Shown here: positions 1 to 9,797 of the stretch, piece after piece
How positions within the stretch are numbered: position 1 is the stretch's first letter
Layout of the letters: each line of letters begins with the position of its first letter
Assembly: GCA_036376135.1 (NCBI GenBank)
Contig: DASVAW010000167.1
Span: 13,811 to 77,810, forward strand
Direction of reading: 5' to 3'
Origin: Candidatus Polarisedimenticolaceae bacterium
GTDB lineage: Bacteria; Acidobacteriota; Polarisedimenticolia; Polarisedimenticolales; DASRJG01
Length of the DNA: 64,000 nucleotides
The notes under the pieces: model-generated
Told to the model about the DNA's origin: nothing
The model's database searches: none
The model's input: only the letters and a program-made list of their open reading frames with translations
Program-made: the position numbers and the translations under genes

Positions 1-1
1 G

Positions 2-860
<859 letters not shown>

Positions 861-2278
861 CCGCCGTCCGGACGCGCTCGAGCCGAAGCCGCCGCATGGC
901 GCGATAGAGCTTCTGGCGCGTCCATCCGATGCGCCGCGCCGCGGATGCGACCGCCCCTCCGCTCTCCGCGAGCGCACGATGGATCATCGCCGCCTCGAGC
1001 CCTTCCCCTGGCGTCGCGATCGCAGGGGCGGGAGCGGCGAGCTCGAGGTCCCCGGCGGTGATCGTCCCGTCGGGTGCGGCGACGAGGGCGCGCGCGAGGA
1101 CCGCCTCGAGCTCGCGCACGTTCCCCGGCCAGTCGTGGGCGAGCAGGCGCCGCATCGCGCAGGCGGCCAGGGGGCGGGCGAGGAGGCCGTAACGCGCGGC
1201 GAGCCGCTCGACGAGCAGCGGGGCGAGGTGTCGAAGCTCCTCGAGTCGCAGGCGGAGGGGAGGGACTTCCACGACGCCGAACGCGATCCTGTGGAAGAGA
1301 TCCTCGCGGAAGCGCCCTTCGGCGACGCGTCGGCGGAGATCGCGATGCGTGGCCGCCACCACGCGAACGTCGACGTGCACCTCCGTGGTCGCGCCGACGG
1401 GCCGGACGGACGACTCCTGAAGGACCCGGAGGAGCTTCGCCTGCGCGGGCAGGGGAAGGTCGCCGATCTCGTCGAGGAACAACGTGCCGCCTCGCGCCGC
1501 CCGGACGAGGCCGGGCCGGTCGCGGTCGGCCCCGGTGAACGCCCCCTTCACCGCGCCGAACAACTCGGATTCCACGAGGGAGTCGGGGAGGGCCGCGCCG
1601 TTCACCGCGATGAACGGGCCTCGTGCGCGGCGACTGGCGTCGTGCACCTCGCGGGCGAGCAGCTCCTTCCCGGTCCCGGACTCGCCGAGGATGAGAACCG
1701 GAAGCTCGGTGGCGCCGAGGCGGCGCGCGGCGTCCAGCGCCGTCGCGGAGGCCGACGAGCGGGCTTCGAATCGGATCGGAGCGGGGGCTCGGTGCGCCGG
1801 AGGGCGGGGAACGGCCTGCGGGGTCGGCCCCGTGCGCAGCACGAAGCCCGCGATCGCCGCGCACGCCTCGACCAGCGTGCGCTCCTCGCGCGACGGCGGG
1901 AGCGTCGCGCGGCTGTCGAGCACGACCGCGCCGTCCCCGAAGCGGCGTGGAAGCGGGACGCAAACCGCGGAGCGGATCTCGAGCGCCCTCACCGAGGGGG
2001 AGTCGGCGAGGCGCGCGTCGCGGGAGGCATCGTCGATGGAGAGGACGCCCGACGACGCGACCGCCCGCCAGAGCAGCGTCCTGCTGGGGGCCGGGTCGGC
2101 GCCCGCGGCCCAGGGGAACGCCGCCAGGACCTCTGGATCGCTCCGGGAACCCTCCGTCGGCCGCCGCACGAGAAAGGCGCGTTCCGCCCCGACCGCACCC
2201 GCGGCGATCGCGAGAAGCCAGCGCAGGGCCTCGATTGACGCTCCGTTGTCGTGCGGGCTATGCTCCCTCGTCACTCGC

Positions 2279-2872
2279 ATGAACCCTCCTCGGACGTTCG
2301 CCATCCGACTGATCCCAGCCGCCGTGTGCTTGCTCGTCGCGGCGGCGGCGGACGTCATTCGCGCCGACGTCGTGACCCGACGCAACGGAACGCGAGTCGA
2401 AGGTCGGGTCGTCTCGGTCGACGCCGACGCCGTGGTGGTCGAGACCGACTCCGGCAGGACGCGCCTCCTCCGCTCGGACGTCGCCACGGTCTCGTTCGAG
2501 GCCGTGGCGCCCCCCCTCAAGGTCGAGATCCGCAACGTGCGCGCCGACGACGCCGCCGACCTGCTGGTCGAGGGGGAGGCGGTGATCGTGGACGCGCGCG
2601 AGGGCGGATCGTGGATCGACGTCACCTCGAAGCTCAAGGAGGGGAACAACCGCCTGGGGTTGCGTATCCGTAACGATCGCGGCACCTGGGCCTACCGCTT
2701 CCACGTCCGGATCAACGGCACCGTCGTTCCGGTGGCCTGCGGCACGCCGATGAAGCAGGACGACCCTTGCACGGCCTGGGGGCACTCCGGACTCGAGACG
2801 GGGACGTTCGAAGTGGGCCCGATCTGGCTGAACGTCGATCGCGCGCTCGGTCGCGCGGAGCTTCTGCCATAA
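2279..2872 (+). CDS. Secreted hypothetical protein (N-terminal signal peptide)
   Basis: [26 protein letters not shown] looks like a signal peptide. The sequence is non-low-complexity with GC3-rich codons and runs divergent from the bEBP. Confidence 0.6.
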   Translation: MNPPRTFAIRLIPAAVCLLVAAAADVIRADVVTRRNGTRVEGRVVSVDADAVVVETDSGRTRLLRSDVATVSFEAVAPPLKVEIRNVRADDAADLLVEGEAVIVDAREGGSWIDVTSKLKEGNNRLGLRIRNDRGTWAYRFHVRINGTVVPVACGTPMKQDDPCTAWGHSGLETGTFEVGPIWLNVDRALGRAELLP

Positions 2873-2976
2873 CGCGAGCCGCAGGACGGACGATCCGTCC
2901 CTGGCTGGAGCTGCCGCTCTGGGCGACGGCGCTCGCGTTGCTCTCCCCGCTCGTCCTGTACGCCGGCGCGGGGGTC

Positions 2977-3210
2977 ATGCCGCTGCCGGCGCTGTACGCG
3001 ATCGCGGGGGGGATCGCCCTGGCCCTCGGGCTGATCGGGACCCGGCTGCATGCCGCGCTGCTCTCCGACGCCCTCTCCGGCCGCGAAGGGGCGGGTCGGT
3101 TCCTGCTCGTCGCGGGGTTGTCGATCCTGGCGATCTTCCTGGTGCTCCTGGGGGCGGCGATCGCGCTGCTCTTGATCCTGAGGGGCGGATCGCCCAACTT
3201 ACCGGTCTGA
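2977..3210 (+). CDS. Small two-TM membrane protein (hypothetical; start uncertain)
   Basis: Two hydrophobic helices (PLPALYAIAGGIALALGLIG and FLLVAGLSILAIFLVLLGAAIALLLIL). This uses the only ATG after the upstream stop. Confidence 0.3.
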   Translation: MPLPALYAIAGGIALALGLIGTRLHAALLSDALSGREGAGRFLLVAGLSILAIFLVLLGAAIALLLILRGGSPNLPV

Positions 3211-3221
3211 CAGGAAGGTCG

Positions 3222-3959
3222 ATGAGCTACTACCGCAATCCGCCGTTCCGTGGATCCGGCGTCCAATTGGGACTGCCTCCGATCACGCCGGTCAACCGGG
3301 CGCTGATGATCGCCTGCGGGGCGGTCTGGGCGGTCCAATTCGTCTCGGCCGTCTTCTTCAGGTCGGCGTGGCCCGACTTGTTGTTCGGGCTGAATCCGGC
3401 CGACGTCCTCTCGGGGTGGGTCTGGCAACCGCTGACGTACGTGTTCCTGCACTCCACGGCTTACCCCACGCATCTCCTGTTCAATCTGCTCGTCCTCTGG
3501 ATGTTCGGGGGCGAGCTCGAGCGCTACATGGGAGGGCGCCGCTACCTGACCTACTTCCTGATCTGCGGGGGAGGGGCGGGGCTATTCGTGGTGGGGCAGG
3601 CCCTGTTGCGTGGAGGGGCGGCACTCGACTCGATCACGATCGGGGCCTCGGGGGTGGTTTACGGTCTGATCCTCGCCTACGGCGTCCTCTTCGCGGAGCG
3701 GATCGTCCTCGTCATGTTCGTCTTCCCGATGAAGGCGCGGACGATGATGTGGATCTTCTTCGCCATGGCGTTCCTTTCCAACCTGAGCCAGAGCCCGGAC
3801 GGCATCTCGCACATCGCGCACCTGGGCGGCATGGTCGTCGGCTGGGTGTATCTCAAGAAGGCCTGGCGGCTCGGCGAGATCGCACGCGAGATCCGCTGGA
3901 AGCTCCGCCGGCGCAAGTTCAAGGTGATGCCGCCCGGCGACGATCGCTGGATCCACTGA
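3222..3959 (+). CDS. Rhomboid family intramembrane serine protease
   Basis: HLLFNLLVLWMFGGELE, catalytic GASGVVYG and HIAHLGGMVVG motifs, plus multiple TM helices. Confidence 0.85.
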   Translation: MSYYRNPPFRGSGVQLGLPPITPVNRALMIACGAVWAVQFVSAVFFRSAWPDLLFGLNPADVLSGWVWQPLTYVFLHSTAYPTHLLFNLLVLWMFGGELERYMGGRRYLTYFLICGGGAGLFVVGQALLRGGAALDSITIGASGVVYGLILAYGVLFAERIVLVMFVFPMKARTMMWIFFAMAFLSNLSQSPDGISHIAHLGGMVVGWVYLKKAWRLGEIAREIRWKLRRRKFKVMPPGDDRWIH

Positions 3960-3980
3960 GGGTCGATCCGGGACGGGACG

Positions 3981-4916
3981 CTACGGAACCGCCGGGAGCC
4001 GATCGATCATCTCGCGCACGAGCACGATCGCGTCCGACGAGAAGCCCCCGGCCTCGCGCTTGATGACCCGAAGCGCCGGGAAGTTCCCCGCTCCGTCATC
4101 GAACGTGTACCAGAGTCCGCCCGACCATTCGAACCAGACCGTGAGCCGGCCTTGGATCATCGTCGCGTCGACACGGCGCAACTCGCGGGCCCCGTCCGGA
4201 AGCGAGAACGCCACCCGGAAGTCGATGGGGACCGGTTCGTCCCGAACGCCCCAGACGCCCAGGAGCGGCGGCTCGCCCTCGACCCGCCCCGGAACCTCCG
4301 CGGCGAAGTAGGTGACGCCGCCGGGGGGTTCTTCCACGGCCGCCGTCGCGCGCGCCGCGCCGTCGCCGGACTGCACGCAATCGACGCGCGCCGGCTCGGG
4401 CCCGAGCACCAGGACCAGGTCGCCCGCGCGAAGCGAGGCCCGCGCGATCCGGTGCGAGGTTCCTTCCCGATGCGTCCAGAAGACGTGCAGCAACGCGCCG
4501 TCCGCCTTGATCCTCGGACGAATCCGATCGGGGTTGGGCGTGAGGAGCGGTTGCGCGGGCGTCCAGGCGTCGCCCTGCAGGGAGGAGATATAGAGGTCGA
4601 AGCCGACGCCCAGCATCCGCGTCCAGACCGCCACGGGGTTCCCCGTGAGCGGGTCGAGCGTCAGGCTGGGTTCGCCGTCGAGCCAGTAGTCGTCGGTGCC
4701 AGGGATCAGGGTGGAGGTGAGTTGTCCGGTGGGCGTCTGGCGCGTGTAGCGGATGGCGGTGCCGGGTCCCGGATACGCCGGCCAGAACTCCGACTGGACG
4801 CGATGCACCGTCCCGTCCGGGCCGATGACCCGATCGGCGGCCGCGAACACGTCGCCGCCGCCGAGGGCCGCGACGGCCAGCAGGAGGAGCGGGAGCAAAG
4901 CGCGCAGTGTTCTCAT
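3981..4916 (-). CDS. Secreted hypothetical protein
   Basis: Signal peptide MRTLRALLPLLLLAVAALGG. There is a 4-nt overlap with the upstream TPR gene. Confidence 0.6.
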   Translation of the reverse strand: MRTLRALLPLLLLAVAALGGGDVFAAADRVIGPDGTVHRVQSEFWPAYPGPGTAIRYTRQTPTGQLTSTLIPGTDDYWLDGEPSLTLDPLTGNPVAVWTRMLGVGFDLYISSLQGDAWTPAQPLLTPNPDRIRPRIKADGALLHVFWTHREGTSHRIARASLRAGDLVLVLGPEPARVDCVQSGDGAARATAAVEEPPGGVTYFAAEVPGRVEGEPPLLGVWGVRDEPVPIDFRVAFSLPDGARELRRVDATMIQGRLTVWFEWSGGLWYTFDDGAGNFPALRVIKREAGGFSSDAIVLVREMIDRLPAVP

Positions 4917-5809
4917 CGTTTCAGCGTGATGATACCGGTGACGTCCACCGCGGTGAGGAACTCCCGGAGGAGCGGAACCTCCGGGTGAAGGGACTGGAGC
5001 GCCTCGAAATGGCGGTCTCGAAGCTCGACGTCGCCGGTCCGGCTGCCGAGCTCTCCGAGGAGGTAATGGCAATTCTCCTCGAGATCGCGATAGTTTCCCT
5101 CGCGCGCCGCGTCGAGCGCGCGGGCTCCCCAGGCGCCGGCCTCGGGATAATCCCCGATCATGAGGTGCGCGTAGCAGAGGTCCTGAAGGCACTCGGCGGC
5201 GCAACGCCGGTCCCCGACGTCCCCCGCGATCTCGAGGGCCGTCGCGATGCGCGTGATCCCCTCCGCGTGCTCACCCTGGAGAAGGAGGCAATACCCCAGG
5301 TTCTCCTCGAGAATGGCGCGCTGGAACCGCACGTCTCCCGGTTGGGCGAGTCGGAGCGCGAGCGAGGTTTCGTATTGCCGGCGAGCCTCGTCGAGGCGGC
5401 CCTGCTGCAGCAGCACGTTGCCGAGGAGGGTATGCACCGGAGCGACGGCGTCGACGTCGTCGAGCTCGGCGGCCCGCTCCTCCGCCCGGCGGGCATAACT
5501 CAACGCCCGGTCGAGTCGGCCCTGACGCCGAAGGCTCGAGGCCAGGTTGTACGCGGCGGTGAAGGCGACTCGCGTGTCGCTGGCGCGCAGCAGCAGCGCC
5601 CGAAGCCCCTCTTCGGCGCCTCGCGCGTCGCCCATCTGAAGGCGGGTGGTGGCGATGTTGAGGTCGATCCGATCCGCCGCGTCGTCGTCGTCGGCTTCGA
5701 TCGCGGCGTCGCGAGCCATGCGATAGGCGTCGAGCGCCTCTTCGAAGTCGCCGCGGCGCAGCGCGTCGTGGCCGCGTTCCTTCCACGACGTGCCGGCGGA
5801 GTGCGTCAC
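4913..5809 (-). CDS. TPR repeat protein
   Basis: Repeated 34-aa-like A/L/G/Y helical motifs (e.g. ALDAYRMARD, LLGNVLLQQGRLDEARRQYETSLAL). It overlaps both neighbouring genes by 4 nt. Confidence 0.7.
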   Translation of the reverse strand: MTHSAGTSWKERGHDALRRGDFEEALDAYRMARDAAIEADDDDAADRIDLNIATTRLQMGDARGAEEGLRALLLRASDTRVAFTAAYNLASSLRRQGRLDRALSYARRAEERAAELDDVDAVAPVHTLLGNVLLQQGRLDEARRQYETSLALRLAQPGDVRFQRAILEENLGYCLLLQGEHAEGITRIATALEIAGDVGDRRCAAECLQDLCYAHLMIGDYPEAGAWGARALDAAREGNYRDLEENCHYLLGELGSRTGDVELRDRHFEALQSLHPEVPLLREFLTAVDVTGIITLKR

Positions 5810-6174
5810 GACTGCCTTGCCTCACCGGTCCGGCGCACGGCCTTGTACGTGACGTAGTCGAGAACGTCCTGCTGACCCTCGTCGTCGAGCGCCCGCACCA
5901 GTCGGAGGATCTCCGCCTCGCGCTCCGTCGGGGTCGTGGGCGGCGTCTCGTCGCGGAAGAACTCGCCGATCGCCATGCCAAACACACCGAGCACGCGGAA
6001 GAGGGTGTCCAAGGCGACCTTGTATTCGCCGTTCTCCATCCGGCAGAGGTCCGATTGCTGCACGCCGATGCGCTGAGCGAGCTCGGCCTGGGTCAAGCCG
6101 CGCTCTTTCCGGAGTTGCCGGATCTTCTGACCGACCAGAATCGTCTGACGGCGTCTTGGCACTCGAGGCGTCAT
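5806..6174 (-). CDS. XRE family helix-turn-helix transcriptional regulator
   Basis: VGQKIRQLRKERGLTQAELAQRIGVQQSDLCRMENGEY is a canonical Cro/C1 HTH. The start was taken at MTPRVP. Confidence 0.8.
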   Translation of the reverse strand: MTPRVPRRRQTILVGQKIRQLRKERGLTQAELAQRIGVQQSDLCRMENGEYKVALDTLFRVLGVFGMAIGEFFRDETPPTTPTEREAEILRLVRALDDEGQQDVLDYVTYKAVRRTGEARQS

Positions 6175-6566
6175 TTCACCACCCCTTGCTAAAACCGAAA
6201 GCCCCGAAAACCCGCGTCCGCACTGGATTCCTGACGGACTTCGCCCTTGACGGTGCGGGCGGCGCCCCATAAACTCGCAGTACCGGGGGAAAGATCGCGC
6301 TTGCGGGAACGCTCCGACGAGGTCTCGCAGGCATGGGGGTGGGGATGCTCGCGGGTCGCGATTGCACCGTGACGATGAAACGTGGTCAGCACGTTTCCGA
6401 TCCCCCCGCCAGACTGAAATTCTTCAAATCAAGCGTGTTGAACGTACGATGAACCTCCGGACTCGTCAAGGGGCTTTGCGAAGGCGTGCCACGACCCGGG
6501 CCGTTACCCTATGTTGGCCTCGGCGGGAACGCGTCTCCGACGCCGTTTGATCACGGGAGATCATGG

Positions 6567-7451
6567 ATGGAATCGACCAGCGATCGCGGTTCGGTGCTGT
6601 CTCGCTACTTCGCGGACATCCGCGAGTACCCGCTTCTCACGAAGGAAGAGGAGATGCGGCTCGCGGAGGACGTCAAGAAAGGTAGCCGGGAAGCGCTGAA
6701 CGGGTTGATCGAGTCGAACCTCAGCTTCGTGGCCAAGGTGGCCAGCGAGTACCGGAACCTGGGCCTGCCGTTCGAGGACCTCCTCAACGAGGGGAACATC
6801 GGCCTGATCGAAGCCGCCCATCGCTACGACGCGAGCAAGGGCACCAAGTTCATCACGTACGCGATCTGGTGGATCCGCAAGTCGATCCTGAAGGCGCTCA
6901 GCGAGCACTCGAACCTGGTCCGCGTGCCCAACTATCAGATGAAGAAGGTCCGCGAGATCCGCGACGCCGAGGCGTCCCTTCGCCGGTCCCTCGGTCGCGC
7001 CCCGGAGCGCGAGGAGATCTCGGAGCGGCTCTCCCGCAGCGTCACGAAGATCGACCAGGTGCTCCAGTTCAACCTCCGCGAGGTCAGCCTCGACGACAAG
7101 GTCGGCAAGGACAAGGACAAGCCGATCGCCGATTTCCTCGTCGATCCCGGGAGCGCGGATCCCGAGGCGGACCTGATCGATCGCGAGTCGAACTCCCTCG
7201 TCGGCGAAGCGATGGCGCATCTGACCGAGCAGGAACGCACGGTCATCGCGTACCGGTTCGGTCTCGCCGGCGGACCGCCGCTCACCCTCAAGGAGATCGG
7301 CGAGAAGATGGGGATCAGCCGCGAGCGCGTGCGCCAGATCGAATGCCAGGCCAAGGCGAGGCTGCGCAAGGTCTTCGCGCGCAAACGCGTGATGAAGGCC
7401 CCCTCCAAGGCTCCGTTCCCCGTCAGCCCGATGGAGCGGGGGGATCACTGA
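6567..7451 (+). CDS. Sigma-70 family RNA polymerase sigma factor (non-ECF; regions 1.2-4, no region 1.1)
   Basis: Region 2 is DLLNEGNIGLIEAAHRYDASKGTKFITYAIWWIRKSI. Region 4 is LTLKEIGEKMGISRERVRQIECQA. The start was taken at MESTSD. Confidence 0.85.
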   Translation: MESTSDRGSVLSRYFADIREYPLLTKEEEMRLAEDVKKGSREALNGLIESNLSFVAKVASEYRNLGLPFEDLLNEGNIGLIEAAHRYDASKGTKFITYAIWWIRKSILKALSEHSNLVRVPNYQMKKVREIRDAEASLRRSLGRAPEREEISERLSRSVTKIDQVLQFNLREVSLDDKVGKDKDKPIADFLVDPGSADPEADLIDRESNSLVGEAMAHLTEQERTVIAYRFGLAGGPPLTLKEIGEKMGISRERVRQIECQAKARLRKVFARKRVMKAPSKAPFPVSPMERGDH

Positions 7452-7529
7452 GCGCCAACGCGGGGTTGATCCCGCCGATCGCCGTCCCGTAGACTCCGCT
7501 CGGCGCGTCGCGCGACGCCGCCGACGAAG

Positions 7530-9797
7530 ATGATCGACCACGACCCCAGGTCCGACGCGAACCGCTCCGGAGCGCCCCCGTGGGGAGCATTGTTCCGGTG
7601 CGTCGGTGTCGAAGCGGCGCTCCTCGAGATCTCCCGCTGGCTGGATCCCGACGCGGGCGTCGACCTTGCCGTCGACGTCGAGCCTGCGGAGGGGGTCCGC
7701 GATCCCTTCTGTTCGCGAATCTCGGGAAGTCCGGCGTGGGTGCTCAGCGCGCGACGCGGGGGTGTTCCGGACCGCGAGCTCGCCGACCGCGCCGCCGTGC
7801 CGCTCGAGGCCTGGCGAGCGTCACGCCTTTCCGTGGAACGGGTCACCGCGCGCGTGGAGGCCCGCGCGAGGGATCTCGAGGCGCTGCAAGCGCTGTCCCG
7901 GGCGATGTCCGAGTGCCGCTCCCCGGCGGACCTCCTGGCCGCCGTCGCCGCGGCCGTTCACGATCGCGTCGGGGTCGACGCTCTCGGATGGGTCGCGACG
8001 TTCGGGCAGGGGGACCCGCCGTTCCACCTCGCGCGGCCGCTCGGGAGCCAGGCCATGCGCACGCTGCGCGAGGTGGGCCGCCGCGGGATCGACGATCAAG
8101 GTCCCGGCCCGGGCGCGATCGAGGTGACGAGGCTCGAGTCCTACGACGCGAGCCGCGGTCCGCGCGAGGAACTCGATCCGCGCGACGTCCTGACCCTCCC
8201 GATCGTCCGGCGCGGCGGGACGGCGGCGAACCTCGTCGTCGTGACCCCGGAGCGCCCGGGGGAGCGGGCGCTGCGATTCCTGTACGGCGCCGCAAACCAT
8301 CTCGCCCTCCATCTCGACCGCGTGCTGACGGTGGCCGAGGCCGAGCAGGGCCGATTCCGCTCGATCCTCGATTCGATGCGCCAGGCCGTCGTGCTCACCG
8401 ACACGAACCTGCGCGTGATCCACGCCAACCTCGCCGGCGACCACCTGCTCGAGCGGCTCGCCGTCCCGCGCGGAGCGTGCCTGGAGCGCATCGCATCCCT
8501 CGTCCTCGAGCCCGCGCGGCACCGCGCCCTGGACGCCACGCCCGCTCCCGCGGCCGAGGCGCGCCTCGAATCCGGGGAGCGGCTGGCGGTGACGGTGTCC
8601 GCGGTTCGGGACGACGCGGGACGCGCCGAGGGACTCGTCGTCGTCCTCGACGACGTGACCGAGTCGCGTCGCATGCTCGATCAGCTCGCTCAGGCCGAGA
8701 AGCTGTCGAGCCTCGGACGGATGTTGTCGGGAGTGGCGCACGAGCTCAACAACCCGCTCACGTCCGTCCTGGGGTTCTCGCAGATGGCGCGATCGACGCC
8801 TCCCGGCGAGAAGCTCGACCGTCGTCTCCAGCTCGTTCACGACGAGGCGCGCCGCTGCCAGAAGATCGTGCAGAACCTCCTTCGATTCGCGCGTCGGCAC
8901 GAGCCGGAGTGCAAGCCGTTCTCGCTCAACGAGGTCGTCGAATCCGCGGTGCAGCTGCTCGGGTACCAGCTCCGCGTCGACGGGGTCGCGCTGGGGCTCG
9001 AGCTGGACGCCCAGCTCCCGACGCTTCACGGCGACGCGCACGAGATCCAGCAGGTGATCGTCAACCTGGTCACCAACGCACACCAGGCGCTCAAGGAGCG
9101 CGGTCGCGGCGGCACCATCGTCCTGCGGTCCTCTTTCGCCGGTGCCGGGCGCGTCCGGCTCGAAGTGGAGGACGACGGCCCCGGCATCCCGGAGTCGATT
9201 CGCTCGCGGGTCTTCGACCCGTTCTTCACCACCAAGCCGGCGGGTCAGGGGACCGGCCTGGGTCTCTCCCTCGTCTACGGCACGGTGACCGCCCACGGCG
9301 GGACGATCGAGGCCGGCGAGCGGCCGGGAGGCGGGGCCAGTTTCCGGATCGATCTCCCGTGCGCGATGCGCGCGCGTTCGACGGAGCCGGAACCTGCGCT
9401 CGCGGACTCCTCGGCCGGCGCCCCGGCCCGGATCCTCGTGGTGGACGACGAGCGGGCCCTCGCCGAGATGATCCGGGAGGCGCTGGAACACGACGGGCAC
9501 GCGGTGGTCACCGCCTGCGAGGCGGACGTCGTCCTCGATCGCCTCGAATCGGGGGCCTTCGATCTCGTCGTGTCCGATCTCAAGATGCCCGGGCTCGGGG
9601 CCGAGCGACTCTGGCAGGAGCTGCGCGCGCGCCGGCCGGGCCTCGAGCGCCACCTGCTCCTCACGACCGGCGACACGGTGAGCCGCGAGCCGGAGTCGTT
9701 CGCCGCCCGGGTCGGCGCGGATCTCGTGCACAAGCCGTTCGCTCCGGACGAGATCCGCCGGCGCGTCCGATCCTCCCTGGACCGACGTGTCGACTGA
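7530..9797 (+). CDS. Hybrid sensor histidine kinase (GAF/PAS - HisKA - HATPase_c - receiver)
   Basis: H-box GVAHELNNPLTSV, N-box NLVTNAHQA, G-boxes DDGPGIP and GTGLGLS. The C-terminal REC has ILVVDDE...DLVVSDLKMPG...HKPF. Confidence 0.85.
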   Translation: MIDHDPRSDANRSGAPPWGALFRCVGVEAALLEISRWLDPDAGVDLAVDVEPAEGVRDPFCSRISGSPAWVLSARRGGVPDRELADRAAVPLEAWRASRLSVERVTARVEARARDLEALQALSRAMSECRSPADLLAAVAAAVHDRVGVDALGWVATFGQGDPPFHLARPLGSQAMRTLREVGRRGIDDQGPGPGAIEVTRLESYDASRGPREELDPRDVLTLPIVRRGGTAANLVVVTPERPGERALRFLYGAANHLALHLDRVLTVAEAEQGRFRSILDSMRQAVVLTDTNLRVIHANLAGDHLLERLAVPRGACLERIASLVLEPARHRALDATPAPAAEARLESGERLAVTVSAVRDDAGRAEGLVVVLDDVTESRRMLDQLAQAEKLSSLGRMLSGVAHELNNPLTSVLGFSQMARSTPPGEKLDRRLQLVHDEARRCQKIVQNLLRFARRHEPECKPFSLNEVVESAVQLLGYQLRVDGVALGLELDAQLPTLHGDAHEIQQVIVNLVTNAHQALKERGRGGTIVLRSSFAGAGRVRLEVEDDGPGIPESIRSRVFDPFFTTKPAGQGTGLGLSLVYGTVTAHGGTIEAGERPGGGASFRIDLPCAMRARSTEPEPALADSSAGAPARILVVDDERALAEMIREALEHDGHAVVTACEADVVLDRLESGAFDLVVSDLKMPGLGAERLWQELRARRPGLERHLLLTTGDTVSREPESFAARVGADLVHKPFAPDEIRRRVRSSLDRRVD

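Noticed and set aside
6247-6275. Sigma-70-like hexamers: TTGACG-N17-TAAACT at 6247-6275 (+), TTGCCG-N18-TACGAT at 21595-21624 (+), and TAGTAT 8 nt before the queE ATG.
   Set aside because: These are plausible, but the promoter consensus of this organism is unknown. Such matches cannot be separated from chance by eye, so I did not report them as features.
6485-6500. A perfect sigma-54 -24 box (TGGCACG) on the minus strand, pointing towards the XRE operon.
   Set aside because: The GC dinucleotide of the would-be -12 box (TCGCA) is 9 nt from GG, not 10. There is no TTGC, and the site lies about 310 nt from the nearest minus-strand start codon.
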